DNA of 58,251 nt, taken from IMG/VR virus record IMGVR_UViG_3300017708_002093, positions 1 through 58,251 of that record; one strand, 5' to 3'. Numbering within the stretch: position 1 is the first letter of the stretch; every line of letters begins with the position of its first letter. A program made the translations under genes and the position numbers. The notes under the pieces are model-generated. The model did not search any database. It had not been told where the DNA came from and saw only the letters and a list, made by a program, of their open reading frames with translations. This document shows, in pieces, positions 50,131 through 56,960 of this stretch. The DNA comes from a virus. Its lineage: Duplodnaviria; Caudoviricetes.

Positions 50131-50380
50131 CTGTCTATTACTAATAACGAACAATCGTTATTCGTGCTTATTACTAATAACGAACAATTACTGTTTATTA
50201 TTAATAATTAACGATTACTATTTGTTACTTAGTAATCACTGTTTATTAGTAATAAGAACTGGTTGTCTATTACTAATAACGAAGAACTGTTTATTAGTAA
50301 TAAGAACTGTTTCGATCATTGTATATCGAACTAGTTGTCTGTTACTAATAAGAACTGTTTCGATCATTGTATATCGAACT
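50131..50380. repeat. Non-coding AT-rich repeat tract: about 7 copies of TATTA(C/G/T)TAATAA with partial 24-bp periodicity and a 35-bp exact direct repeat
   Basis: Units at 50136, 50169, 50196, 50244, 50268, 50292, 50340; exact repeat at 50298-50332 and 50346-50380. Confidence 0.9.
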
Positions 50381-50417
50381 GTGCCCCTCACGAATAACAC
50401 ATAAGGGGCACACAGTT
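50377..50417 (-). terminator. GC hairpin after the last early gene (possible terminator)
   Basis: GTGCCCCT...AGGGGCAC stem; no clear U tract. Confidence 0.4.
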
Positions 50418-50426
50418 AGCATCACA

Positions 50427-50585
50427 TTAGAACGCGATTGCCTCTCCGGAAGTGTAACTCACTGCGTCTCCTTGAGTATCATCAGAGGACGCATGATTGC
50501 CCTCAGCGATAACATCGAGAATGGACAGAATATCGTTTCCGGTGTTACCCTTACGAAGAAGAGTAAGCATCAGATTACGGGGCAT
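50427..50585 (-). CDS. Small hypothetical protein, 52 aa (MPRNLMLTLLRKGNTGNDILSILDVI...)
   Basis: Hand-translated; LL..GNTG..IL.IL pattern recalled from cyanophage early regions. Confidence 0.6.
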   Translation of the reverse strand: MPRNLMLTLLRKGNTGNDILSILDVIAEGNHASSDDTQGDAVSYTSGEAIAF

Positions 50586-50674
50586 AATAACGAAAGAAAG
50601 TGTTGACGAAAGTTGTGTGCTTATGTTAAACTTAATGTGGGGCAGTGAGTATCACGAACCCCACATGATTACCC

Positions 50675-50896
50675 TCAGGCAGCAATACGCTGAAGGGTCT
50701 CATTCTTGACGCTTTGATTTACAAAACGACCGACAGACTGACCGCCTTCGATTACACTGGAAAGAGCAGATACAAAGGCAGCAACATCTGCAACGGTGTA
50801 GTCATAGTTACGACCTCCGTTGAATGTTACGGTGGCAGTGTTATCCTCAAGAGCGATTGCTTCGATTGCAGTGCTGTTAGAGATAGCGAAGTTCAT
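50675..50896 (-). CDS. KTSC-domain-like small protein
   Basis: STAIEAI...TATVTFNGG..YDY...SVGRFVN matches the KTSC pattern. Confidence 0.6.
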   Translation of the reverse strand: MNFAISNSTAIEAIALEDNTATVTFNGGRNYDYTVADVAAFVSALSSVIEGGQSVGRFVNQSVKNETLQRIAA

Positions 50897-50966
50897 GATA
50901 AAATGTGAAATAGTGTGTGTACAGTTTGAGTGTCTTTAGAGCGCATCTCATTCTCTTAAGTGTTAC

Positions 50967-51152
50967 TTAGGAGAGAATCATACTCTTCTGTGAGATCTCC
51001 TTAATCTCCATGATCACGTAGTCATAATCACGCTCAAGTTCTTCCTTGTAGGCATCAGCAGCAGACTGAGAATCGAAGAGGCGAAGTGTTACCATTGATT
51101 CTCCTTCGTAATCAATGCCACCGATGACAGCGATACATTTAATGGGTTCCAT
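50967..51152 (-). CDS. Hypothetical early protein
   Basis: Directly downstream of repeat copy 1; AVIGG.DYEGE...LRLFD. Confidence 0.7.
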   Translation of the reverse strand: MEPIKCIAVIGGIDYEGESMVTLRLFDSQSAADAYKEELERDYDYVIMEIKEISQKSMILS

Positions 51153-51190
51153 GATTGTGACTTAGTGGTTTGGATTGTGTGGGTTGTGTC

Positions 51191-51227
51191 CTTACACCTA
51201 AGGGTCAATCTCAAAGTTAGCTATTTT
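51191..51227 (-). promoter_or_regulatory. 37-bp early-region element, copy 1 of 9
   Basis: Plus strand cttacacctaagggtcaatctcaaagttagctatttt. Confidence 0.85.
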
Positions 51228-51263
51228 GTAACCCTGAGATTGTGATGCTTATGTGTTACTTAC

Positions 51264-51524
51264 TCAAGCAATGAGTTCTTGTAACATTTCGTTCAATTCT
51301 TCATGGTTCAGATTCTCATCCTGCCATAATGTGCCATCGGGGGTTTCTTCTTGAAACATCACAACTAAGCACTTTGCAATTGCTGAATATTCAGTCACTT
51401 TGCTATTAAGTAGACCAATCACTTGGCGATAGATTGACTCATCATTCTGTATCCAAAGTGATACATTCCAAGTCTGATAGTTTGCCCAACCGTTGTAAGT
51501 TTGTGTCATGATTGTTGTCTCCAT
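51264..51524 (-). CDS. Hypothetical early protein (YNGW.NY.TWNV.LW family)
   Basis: Motif common in phage proteins; follows repeat copy 2. Confidence 0.75.
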   Translation of the reverse strand: METTIMTQTYNGWANYQTWNVSLWIQNDESIYRQVIGLLNSKVTEYSAIAKCLVVMFQEETPDGTLWQDENLNHEELNEMLQELIA

Positions 51525-51552
51525 TTGGTTTGGATTGTGTGGGTTGCTCACC

Positions 51553-51589
51553 CTTACACCTAAGAGGCAATCTCAAAGTTAGCTATTTT
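51553..51589 (-). promoter_or_regulatory. 37-bp element, copy 2
   Basis: cttacacctaagaggcaatctcaaagttagctatttt. Confidence 0.85.
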
Positions 51590-51623
51590 AACTCAAAAAT
51601 ACTAAATGATGAATAAGGACACA

Positions 51624-51715
51624 ATAAGACCCTTAGGATACACTGAGACCTGAGATGAGTTTCTGTTGTTCTCAGAGGCATGTAGAGGGGTCTCAGTGTA
51701 TCCTAAGGGTCTTAT
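51624..51715. repeat. Perfect 27-bp inverted repeat with a 38-nt spacer
   Basis: ataagacccttaggatacactgagacc (51624-51650) / ggtctcagtgtatcctaagggtcttat (51689-51715). Confidence 0.95.
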
Positions 51716-51741
51716 GAGTAGGTGATACTTATGGAGTGCAA

Positions 51742-51927
51742 TCACCCATGGTAGTGATAAGCATCATCTCCTTTATCGAAGTCTTCAATGTAACTCTCTA
51801 CCTTCTCATTTGGTTCGAGTTTGAATAACTTATTGAAGTCAATCTCTCTTGGATTAAAATCAGGCATCACAGTTAAATCAAGTGTAATCCTAACCTTTCT
51901 CTTTCTTGCTATCTGATAAGAAACCAT
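51742..51927 (-). CDS. Hypothetical protein (61 aa) with its own sigma70 promoter
   Basis: RITLDL.V..DFNPR.ID..KLF.L...E.V..YIED; promoter upstream. Confidence 0.75.
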   Translation of the reverse strand: MVSYQIARKRKVRITLDLTVMPDFNPREIDFNKLFKLEPNEKVESYIEDFDKGDDAYHYHG

Positions 51928-51955
51928 GAGATTAATGCGAATTGATGACCTTGTT

Positions 51956-51984
51956 ATTATAGTATCTTATGGGGAAGATGTCAA
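51956..51984 (-). promoter_or_regulatory. Perfect sigma70 promoter TTGACA-17 bp-TATAAT
   Basis: Exact consensus about 29 nt upstream of ORF 51742..51927. Confidence 0.85.
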
Positions 51985-52057
51985 CGAAGTCTTTGTATTT
52001 ATTCGGAGACCTTATGAGAATTTTATGAATGTCCTGGGATGCTTATTATTGGGGCGC

Positions 52058-52086
52058 TTGACTTATGGGGGCGTTGATGATAGAAT
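52058..52086 (+). promoter_or_regulatory. Divergent sigma70 promoter TTGACT-17 bp-TAGAAT (extended TGn) pointing into a non-coding region
   Basis: TTGACT 52058-52063, TAGAAT 52081-52086. Confidence 0.65.
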
Positions 52087-52114
52087 TCCATCTAAGATCA
52101 CAAGGTCTCAGCAC

Positions 52115-52200
52115 ATTTCCACAAGGATTAGTGGTCTTAAGAGTACATTAATCATAAGGTTTTCCACACATAACCAATACTTTTCCACAGGTTTTCCACA
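52115..52200 (+). promoter_or_regulatory. Cluster of DnaA-box-like 9-mers (TTTTCCACA x3, ATTTCCACA x1)
   Basis: 52160-52168, 52181-52189, 52192-52200 match TTWTNCACA; 52115-52123 has one mismatch; AT-rich tract follows (about 52222-52272). Confidence 0.55.
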
Positions 52201-52285
52201 CACAACAAAACACACAACATGATTAAAAATAACATTTAATTATCTTTTTAATGTATTTTAACCCCTATTTTACCTCATAGGCATT

Positions 52286-52310
52286 AAAAAAGGGGCATAA
52301 GTGCCCCCCT
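52286..52310 (-). terminator. Rho-independent terminator
   Basis: GGGGCAC-TTA-TGCCCC followed by T6. Confidence 0.75.
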
Positions 52311-52322
52311 AACATAAAAGAA

Positions 52323-52520
52323 CTAAATCCCTTTCCTAAGTTCATCTTTCACTTCATCTTTCACTTCATCCTTTAATTTTTTCAACCTTTCTTCTTCTCT
52401 CTCTTCTCTTTCTTTTTCTAATTGTTCTTTCTTTCGGAGTGAATCATCTTCTCTTGCTTGATTCGCAATGTCAAGTCTTCGAGTATCAATGTCCTCCTTA
52501 AATCTATGAAATGATTTCAT
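52323..52520 (-). CDS. Small charged coiled-coil protein, probably late-expressed
   Basis: MKSF..FKE N-terminus; TAAATA at 52545-52550; KDEV repeats. Confidence 0.7.
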   Translation of the reverse strand: MKSFHRFKEDIDTRRLDIANQAREDDSLRKKEQLEKEREEREEERLKKLKDEVKDEVKDELRKGI

Positions 52521-52640
52521 CTATCTCTGTATGATTGTTTCCACTATTTAATAAAAACTGTTTTTCTTGCATTGGGATTGTCATTCAGATGTCATAGGTC
52601 ATTCAGGTGTCAGTTATTAACAAATCAGTTTATATACATT

Positions 52641-52667
52641 AAAAAACCCCCTGTATGTTACAGAGGG
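52641..52667 (-). terminator. Rho-independent terminator closing the upstream early operon
   Basis: CCCTCTGTA-ACA-TACAGGGGG followed by T6. Confidence 0.8.
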
Positions 52668-52694
52668 ATGTAAGTTACCTTAAAGTTATCTACT

Positions 52695-52829
52695 TTAATT
52701 GGCAATGTAGTTAGTATCAACAATCGTCACAACTTCTCCATCAGATTGTAAAACATCGTATTGAACTTGATTCGTTCCGATGTCTGCTTTACCGACAATA
52801 ATGGCAGTGGAAAGAATGAACTCTAGCAT
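52695..52829 (-). CDS. Small hypothetical protein, 44 aa (MLEFILSTAIIVGKADIG...)
   Basis: Hand-translated; A/C-rich leader like its neighbours. Confidence 0.55.
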   Translation of the reverse strand: MLEFILSTAIIVGKADIGTNQVQYDVLQSDGEVVTIVDTNYIAN

Positions 52830-52878
52830 TTGTGTGTGTGTGTTGGTTTAGTGTAAGAAATTAAGATTAAGATTAAGA

Positions 52879-53136
52879 TTAAGACACTGGATCTAATCCT
52901 AATCGATATCTTGCTGCATCAATTGCATCCTTTCTCTTATTGAATAGTGCTGGTTCTTGTTCATACCTTAGTTGAGTGTAACGATACTTTTTAACATAAT
53001 GTCCTAGTTGTTCATCTTTGTCCATGACTGTTTTACTATAAAAGTAAATTGCAAAATTACCTTTTGGATTTCTTTTACTCTCCTTATTAATAAGATAAGG
53101 AGAAGGAGTTGTTGTTGATGGAAGTAGTTTAATCAT
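52879..53136 (-). CDS. Hypothetical early protein
   Basis: ATGA-coupled ORF, 85 aa. Confidence 0.65.
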   Translation of the reverse strand: MIKLLPSTTTPSPYLINKESKRNPKGNFAIYFYSKTVMDKDEQLGHYVKKYRYTQLRYEQEPALFNKRKDAIDAARYRLGLDPVS

Positions 53137-53477
53137 GAGAAGATGTAACCGTTAGTGAAATCATAGACGTTGTAGACTTTACTTTGTCCTGCCATTCCTA
53201 CAAACTTTCTTACAAACCACTTATAATTCTTTTGGAATACACCTTCACCAGCAATACAAAACTCATCACAGAGTGCATTAAGTCTGGATTTTGTTGTATT
53301 TGATTGATAACCACCATCAAAGATAGTCATGCTATCATCATCAATCTCCGCAATTTTATTACCGTGAAGATATACTTCTGACACATTATTTGCATCAGTG
53401 ATAACACTTGTGTTTGCAGATTGCCAGTTCTGATTGTTATGAACTGCTGCACACATTTGGGTTTCGATCTTTCTCAT
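53133..53477 (-). CDS. Conserved phage hypothetical protein (MRKIE.QM..A...V.LHGN.IA...GG.QS.TTKSRLNA)
   Basis: Motif widely seen in cyanophage early regions. Confidence 0.8.
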   Translation of the reverse strand: MRKIETQMCAAVHNNQNWQSANTSVITDANNVSEVYLHGNKIAEIDDDSMTIFDGGYQSNTTKSRLNALCDEFCIAGEGVFQKNYKWFVRKFVGMAGQSKVYNVYDFTNGYIFS

Positions 53478-53516
53478 GATTTTAGAATAGTGTTTGTTTG
53501 GTTTAGTCCTTAAGTA

Positions 53517-53702
53517 TCACTCACCGTGAAAGGCAAAGTGTGCATCGACTACAAAATCAATGACTTCGACAACTTCATGATCCTGAACATCATGACGATC
53601 ACAAAACCAGTCGATGCAATCATCAGCAGGTAACATAGTGTCGAGCATGAAATCTTGCAGATCTGAAAGATTTTCGGCGGAGAAAAGAATGGTTTTGTTC
53701 AT
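53517..53702 (-). CDS. Small acidic early protein
   Basis: Follows repeat copy 3. Confidence 0.7.
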   Translation of the reverse strand: MNKTILFSAENLSDLQDFMLDTMLPADDCIDWFCDRHDVQDHEVVEVIDFVVDAHFAFHGE

Positions 53703-53725
53703 AGTTGGTTTGTCTTGGTTGTGTG

Positions 53726-53762
53726 CTTACACCTAAGTGGCAATCTCAAAGTTAGCTATTTT
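53726..53762 (-). promoter_or_regulatory. 37-bp element, copy 3
   Basis: cttacacctaagtggcaatctcaaagttagctatttt. Confidence 0.85.
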
Positions 53763-53949
53763 AATCCAACTCGATTTGCCAGTCATTGTCATCAATTAGA
53801 TTCACCCAAAAGTGATTCTTATTGTTCGCAGAGGTGAGGAATACTTTGTTTCCTAAATGTTGCTCTACAAAACATTCCTGTAGTTTGTCCATTAAGTTAC
53901 AGAAACGATTCTGTGCTTTTTTACTCTTTGGTGTTACGATTGCGATCAT
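53761..53949 (-). CDS. Hypothetical early protein (V.PKSKKA.NRF.NLM...C.VEQ...FL.S.N...FW...D.DW)
   Basis: ORF whose stop overlaps repeat copy 3. Confidence 0.75.
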   Translation of the reverse strand: MIAIVTPKSKKAQNRFCNLMDKLQECFVEQHLGNKVFLTSANNKNHFWVNLIDDNDWQIELD

Positions 53950-53955
53950 GATGAT

Positions 53956-54225
53956 TCAGGCGGTAAGATTTGCAATTTTGAAGACACTCACCTCATGAGA
54001 GTCGTTAGCATCAACAAGGACAGGATTATCCTCAAAGGTCATCTTAATGATGCTAGGATTATGCTCCTGCCATTCAGTTAATGTTCGACCTTGAATGTTA
54101 CCCTTGCGAGGGCGATTGGTAAGTTGTTTAATAGTTTTGAACTCTGAATCAGAAGTTCTATCATCAAAGAAAAAGGTAATCTTTCTCCTAAATGTTGCAA
54201 CCACTGGGTAGTTTGGAATGTTCAT
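53956..54225 (-). CDS. Hypothetical early protein
   Basis: Follows repeat copy 4. Confidence 0.65.
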   Translation of the reverse strand: MNIPNYPVVATFRRKITFFFDDRTSDSEFKTIKQLTNRPRKGNIQGRTLTEWQEHNPSIIKMTFEDNPVLVDANDSHEVSVFKIANLTA

Positions 54226-54248
54226 AGTTGGTTTGTCTTGGTTGTATC

Positions 54249-54285
54249 CTTACACCTAAGTGGCAATCTCAAAGTTAGCTATTTT
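54249..54285 (-). promoter_or_regulatory. 37-bp element, copy 4
   Basis: Identical to copy 3. Confidence 0.85.
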
Positions 54286-54515
54286 TATTGCTGGAAATAC
54301 TCTCCGATTGCCTTACTCATGGCGATAAGTTTCTCGTGGATCTCATCAACCTCACAGCGAAGATTCTCTTCTTCACCCATTAAACTCATCAGGTCAACTT
54401 CACTCCAATCCTCAAAATTTACCGTTCCATCTTGATACAAAGGAGTGTAATATAATGCCCCTTCACTACAAATGGAATAGGCACAACCTTGATTCTCAGC
54501 GATGTAAATGTTCAT
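54285..54515 (-). CDS. Hypothetical acidic early protein
   Basis: 76-aa ORF; stop overlaps repeat copy 4. Confidence 0.7.
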   Translation of the reverse strand: MNIYIAENQGCAYSICSEGALYYTPLYQDGTVNFEDWSEVDLMSLMGEEENLRCEVDEIHEKLIAMSKAIGEYFQQ

Positions 54516-54523
54516 TGTAACAA

Positions 54524-54664
54524 TCAGAATGAAATGTTGATTTTGTTTGTTGTATCAGGATTGACGATTTCTGCTGCATTGTTGAGACCATCAGCAGCAA
54601 TTCTTCGGGCGTCATCACTACTCCAGAACAGAATAGCGATGACAATCAGTGCAATAACTTTCAT
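54524..54664 (-). CDS. Small protein with an N-terminal hydrophobic helix, 46 aa (MKVIALIVIAILFWSSDDARRIAADGL...)
   Basis: Hand-translated; fills the gap between neighbours. Confidence 0.65.
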   Translation of the reverse strand: MKVIALIVIAILFWSSDDARRIAADGLNNAAEIVNPDTTNKINISF

Positions 54665-54668
54665 GGGT

Positions 54669-54920
54669 TCAGCAAGAACAAGCAAGAGCAGAATTGAACA
54701 ACTGAGGAATCATAGATTCGTCGGTTACTTGATAACCATAACCATGAGTACGGGAATCAAACTCATACTGAAAGTCTTTTTTATTGATGTAACGCTTGGA
54801 CTGAGATTCGCCCATGAAAGTTACAATTTTGAGCATCAGACGATTGTGAATCTCACCGTCAGCAAATTTGACGGGATAGAAGTCAACAACCATGTTGCCA
54901 TCTTTGGAAGTGAGTTGCAT
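54669..54920 (-). CDS. Hypothetical early protein (MQLTSKDGNMVVDFYPV...)
   Basis: Follows repeat copy 5. Confidence 0.75.
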   Translation of the reverse strand: MQLTSKDGNMVVDFYPVKFADGEIHNRLMLKIVTFMGESQSKRYINKKDFQYEFDSRTHGYGYQVTDESMIPQLFNSALACSC

Positions 54921-54934
54921 AATGGAAATGCGTG

Positions 54935-54971
54935 CTTACACTATAGGGACAATCTCAAAGTTAGCTATTTT
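54935..54971 (-). promoter_or_regulatory. 37-bp element, copy 5 (TATAGT variant)
   Basis: cttacactatagggacaatctcaaagttagctatttt. Confidence 0.85.
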
Positions 54972-55008
54972 AATTGCCTGAGATTATGATGGTTTGATGT
55001 TACTTAGT

Positions 55009-55290
55009 CTACACCATTTCTTGTTGATACTGCATCAGTTGCTCTTCTGTAACCTCATCCACACAGTCTTGAATGACAGTGTAGATATAATCAATCTGAC
55101 CAACATCATCAAAGATACGTGCAATCAATGCAGGATCTTCTACCTGAACATCATAATCAACCTCACCATTTTCATCCTTTACATGTATATCTTCCTTCGT
55201 ATAAATCCATGCTGCACATTCTGCATCTTCTCCCTGTTGTGCAATCATACTTGATACTCTGTCTTGAAGTTGCTTGAGAGTGTAGTTCAT
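55009..55290 (-). CDS. Hypothetical acidic early protein (MNYTLKQLQDRV...AAWIYT.ED)
   Basis: 93-aa ORF. Confidence 0.75.
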   Translation of the reverse strand: MNYTLKQLQDRVSSMIAQQGEDAECAAWIYTKEDIHVKDENGEVDYDVQVEDPALIARIFDDVGQIDYIYTVIQDCVDEVTEEQLMQYQQEMV

Positions 55291-55346
55291 AATTTGAATA
55301 AATGAGGTGAGTGAGTGTTAATTAGTGTGAGATGAGTAAGTGTTAG

Positions 55347-55589
55347 TTAAGAGAGAACATAGGTACTCAGATCATTACGATTATCGCAAGATGCCCAAGT
55401 ATCATAGAAAGAATCCCATGCTGTTTCGTTATCAACAAAGGAAACAATTTCCAACATCTCACATACCCAATCGTATGCCATATCTATGTCGGCATTTGTA
55501 TCATTCACAAAGACGCACATTTGCCCCATAATGTCATCCCACTTCGCTTGTTGTTCAGATGGAATCAGAGAGAAAATTGGAGTTGACAT
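55347..55589 (-). CDS. Hypothetical acidic early protein
   Basis: Follows repeat copy 6. Confidence 0.7.
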   Translation of the reverse strand: MSTPIFSLIPSEQQAKWDDIMGQMCVFVNDTNADIDMAYDWVCEMLEIVSFVDNETAWDSFYDTWASCDNRNDLSTYVLS

Positions 55590-55617
55590 AAAGAAAGATT
55601 TTTGGTTTGGTTGTGTG

Positions 55618-55654
55618 CTTACACCTAAGGGGCAATCTCAAAGTTAGCTATTTT
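55618..55654 (-). promoter_or_regulatory. 37-bp element, copy 6
   Basis: cttacacctaaggggcaatctcaaagttagctatttt. Confidence 0.85.
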
Positions 55655-55666
55655 AATTGACCGAGA

Positions 55667-55822
55667 TTACTGAACCTTGATTTCTAGTTCTTCAATGCGA
55701 TCATAAAGACTAGAAACTAATTCTAGGAGTGCTCTAAACTTCTCATTAGTCTCCTTTTCTTCTCTCTTATAACATACTCCATTGGAGTAATATTCATGAT
55801 AGAAAATGTCGTCTGTGTACAT
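55667..55822 (-). CDS. Small hypothetical protein, 51 aa (MYTDDIFYHEYY...)
   Basis: Hand-translated; fills the gap; C-terminal coiled coil. Confidence 0.55.
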   Translation of the reverse strand: MYTDDIFYHEYYSNGVCYKREEKETNEKFRALLELVSSLYDRIEELEIKVQ

Positions 55823-55844
55823 TTGATTTTCTTTTTAATTGGTC

Positions 55845-56132
55845 TCAATCGTTCCATGCAGTTACAACAAACTCATCATTCTTAATGATGACATTGGCAC
55901 CGAATGTACCACCCAAAGCAAACATCAACATGTCGCTAATCTCATCATCAGTGAAATTACCTTGAGTAAAACTACCCTTGTTGATTGTTGAACAACCAGA
56001 TGCTTGAATGTCACTCAAGTTTAGGCAAATTGCTTTCCTAATCTCTTCAGTATTGATGCACTTCATTGCACCAGAGTCATACTGTATCATAGTGGTGAAA
56101 GTGTCGAGAATGTTAGTTTTGGTTTGTGTCAT
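55845..56132 (-). CDS. Hypothetical early protein
   Basis: Follows repeat copy 7. Confidence 0.7.
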   Translation of the reverse strand: MTQTKTNILDTFTTMIQYDSGAMKCINTEEIRKAICLNLSDIQASGCSTINKGSFTQGNFTDDEISDMLMFALGGTFGANVIIKNDEFVVTAWND

Positions 56133-56151
56133 AATTTTGTTTGGTTGTGTG

Positions 56152-56188
56152 CTTACACCTAAGGGGCAATCTCAAAGTTAGCTATTTT
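56152..56188 (-). promoter_or_regulatory. 37-bp element, copy 7, with an adjacent upstream hairpin (56192-56212)
   Basis: Identical to copy 6; TGCCCCTG-TAAAT-CAGGGGCA stem. Confidence 0.85.
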
Positions 56189-56221
56189 AATTGCCCCTGA
56201 TTTACAGGGGCATTGTATCAA

Positions 56222-56902
56222 TCAAACACCGCAGAGTTGTTTAGTAGTTCTACCACCAGTTTGCTTTCTTAGTGATACATTGCTGCCTACATCTGCTCCA
56301 GCAGTAGCACCAGCACCAGAAGCACCTCTGAATTTAGTGTTAGAATTGAATCGCATTTTGCTCAATGCAGTAACAACTGCTTGCTTATCTTCGTGAATAC
56401 GATTCTCCTCTTTTTTCATCTCTCGCAGTCGATCAGAAACCTGTTCTGCAAATGATTTCTTGAAATTAATCTTGAAAGATCGTGAAACTTTAGTATCAAT
56501 AAGTTCACCAATAATCTTCTCTGCTTTGTATGCTTTATCTGCCTCACGGTTCATAACATCAATCAGAAACTCACTGTAAAGATTGACCTGAATCTGTTGT
56601 GCTTCACTACCAATTACTTGGATAGTTTTAGCACCATTGATGTCAGTTTTAACGTATGCTTTTGCATCGTAAAACTTAGCAACAGCGTTGACAATCTGAG
56701 TGAAAGCAACATCCATCTTCTTAAAAGATGTAAACTGTTCATCAACAGCAAGAACCTCTTTTGCTTCCTGCAAAGTGATACCGTGCTTTGCACACAATTT
56801 ATCAATCATTGCCGCAGCAGCAGATGCTTCACCATCAAAATCTGTGCTCTCTTGAAGTTTGAGCATAGACTTAATCTTGGCGATGACTTGATTACGATCC
56901 AT
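56222..56902 (-). CDS. DUF2786-domain protein (226 aa)
   Basis: N-terminal KIK.MLKL.E.....EASAAAAM..KL.AKHGI matches the DUF2786 pattern; ATG just after repeat copy 8. Confidence 0.75.
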   Translation of the reverse strand: MDRNQVIAKIKSMLKLQESTDFDGEASAAAAMIDKLCAKHGITLQEAKEVLAVDEQFTSFKKMDVAFTQIVNAVAKFYDAKAYVKTDINGAKTIQVIGSEAQQIQVNLYSEFLIDVMNREADKAYKAEKIIGELIDTKVSRSFKINFKKSFAEQVSDRLREMKKEENRIHEDKQAVVTALSKMRFNSNTKFRGASGAGATAGADVGSNVSLRKQTGGRTTKQLCGV

Positions 56903-56923
56903 TTTTGTTTGATTTGGTTGTTG

Positions 56924-56960
56924 CTTACACCTAAGGGACAATCTCAAAGTTAGCTATTTT
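56924..56960 (-). promoter_or_regulatory. 37-bp element, copy 8
   Basis: cttacacctaagggacaatctcaaagttagctatttt. Confidence 0.85.

Noticed and set aside
50131-50404. Repeat tract as a mini-CRISPR or as plus-strand ORF 50222..50404
   Set aside because: No unique spacers; the ORF is just a translation of the repeats with no supported start.
50927-50950. Possible RNA hairpin TGAGATGCGCTCTAAAGACACTCA upstream of the KTSC-like gene
   Set aside because: Single copy with a weak, mismatched stem; cannot be supported without homologue alignment.
51926-52222. Plus-strand 98-aa ORF across the origin-like region
   Set aside because: It starts upstream of the only plus-strand promoter, spans promoters and boxes, and has low-complexity composition.
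52861-52884. (TTAAGA)x4 tandem repeat
   Set aside because: Short slippage microsatellite at a stop codon with no evident function.
54935-54950. CACTATAGGG resemblance to T7/SP6 promoters in copies 5 and 9
   Set aside because: It would point opposite to the genes, is absent from 7 of 9 copies, and no single-subunit RNA polymerase is seen.
54489-54989. Plus-strand 166-aa ORF
   Set aside because: Antisense to three plausible minus-strand genes and runs through a repeat copy.
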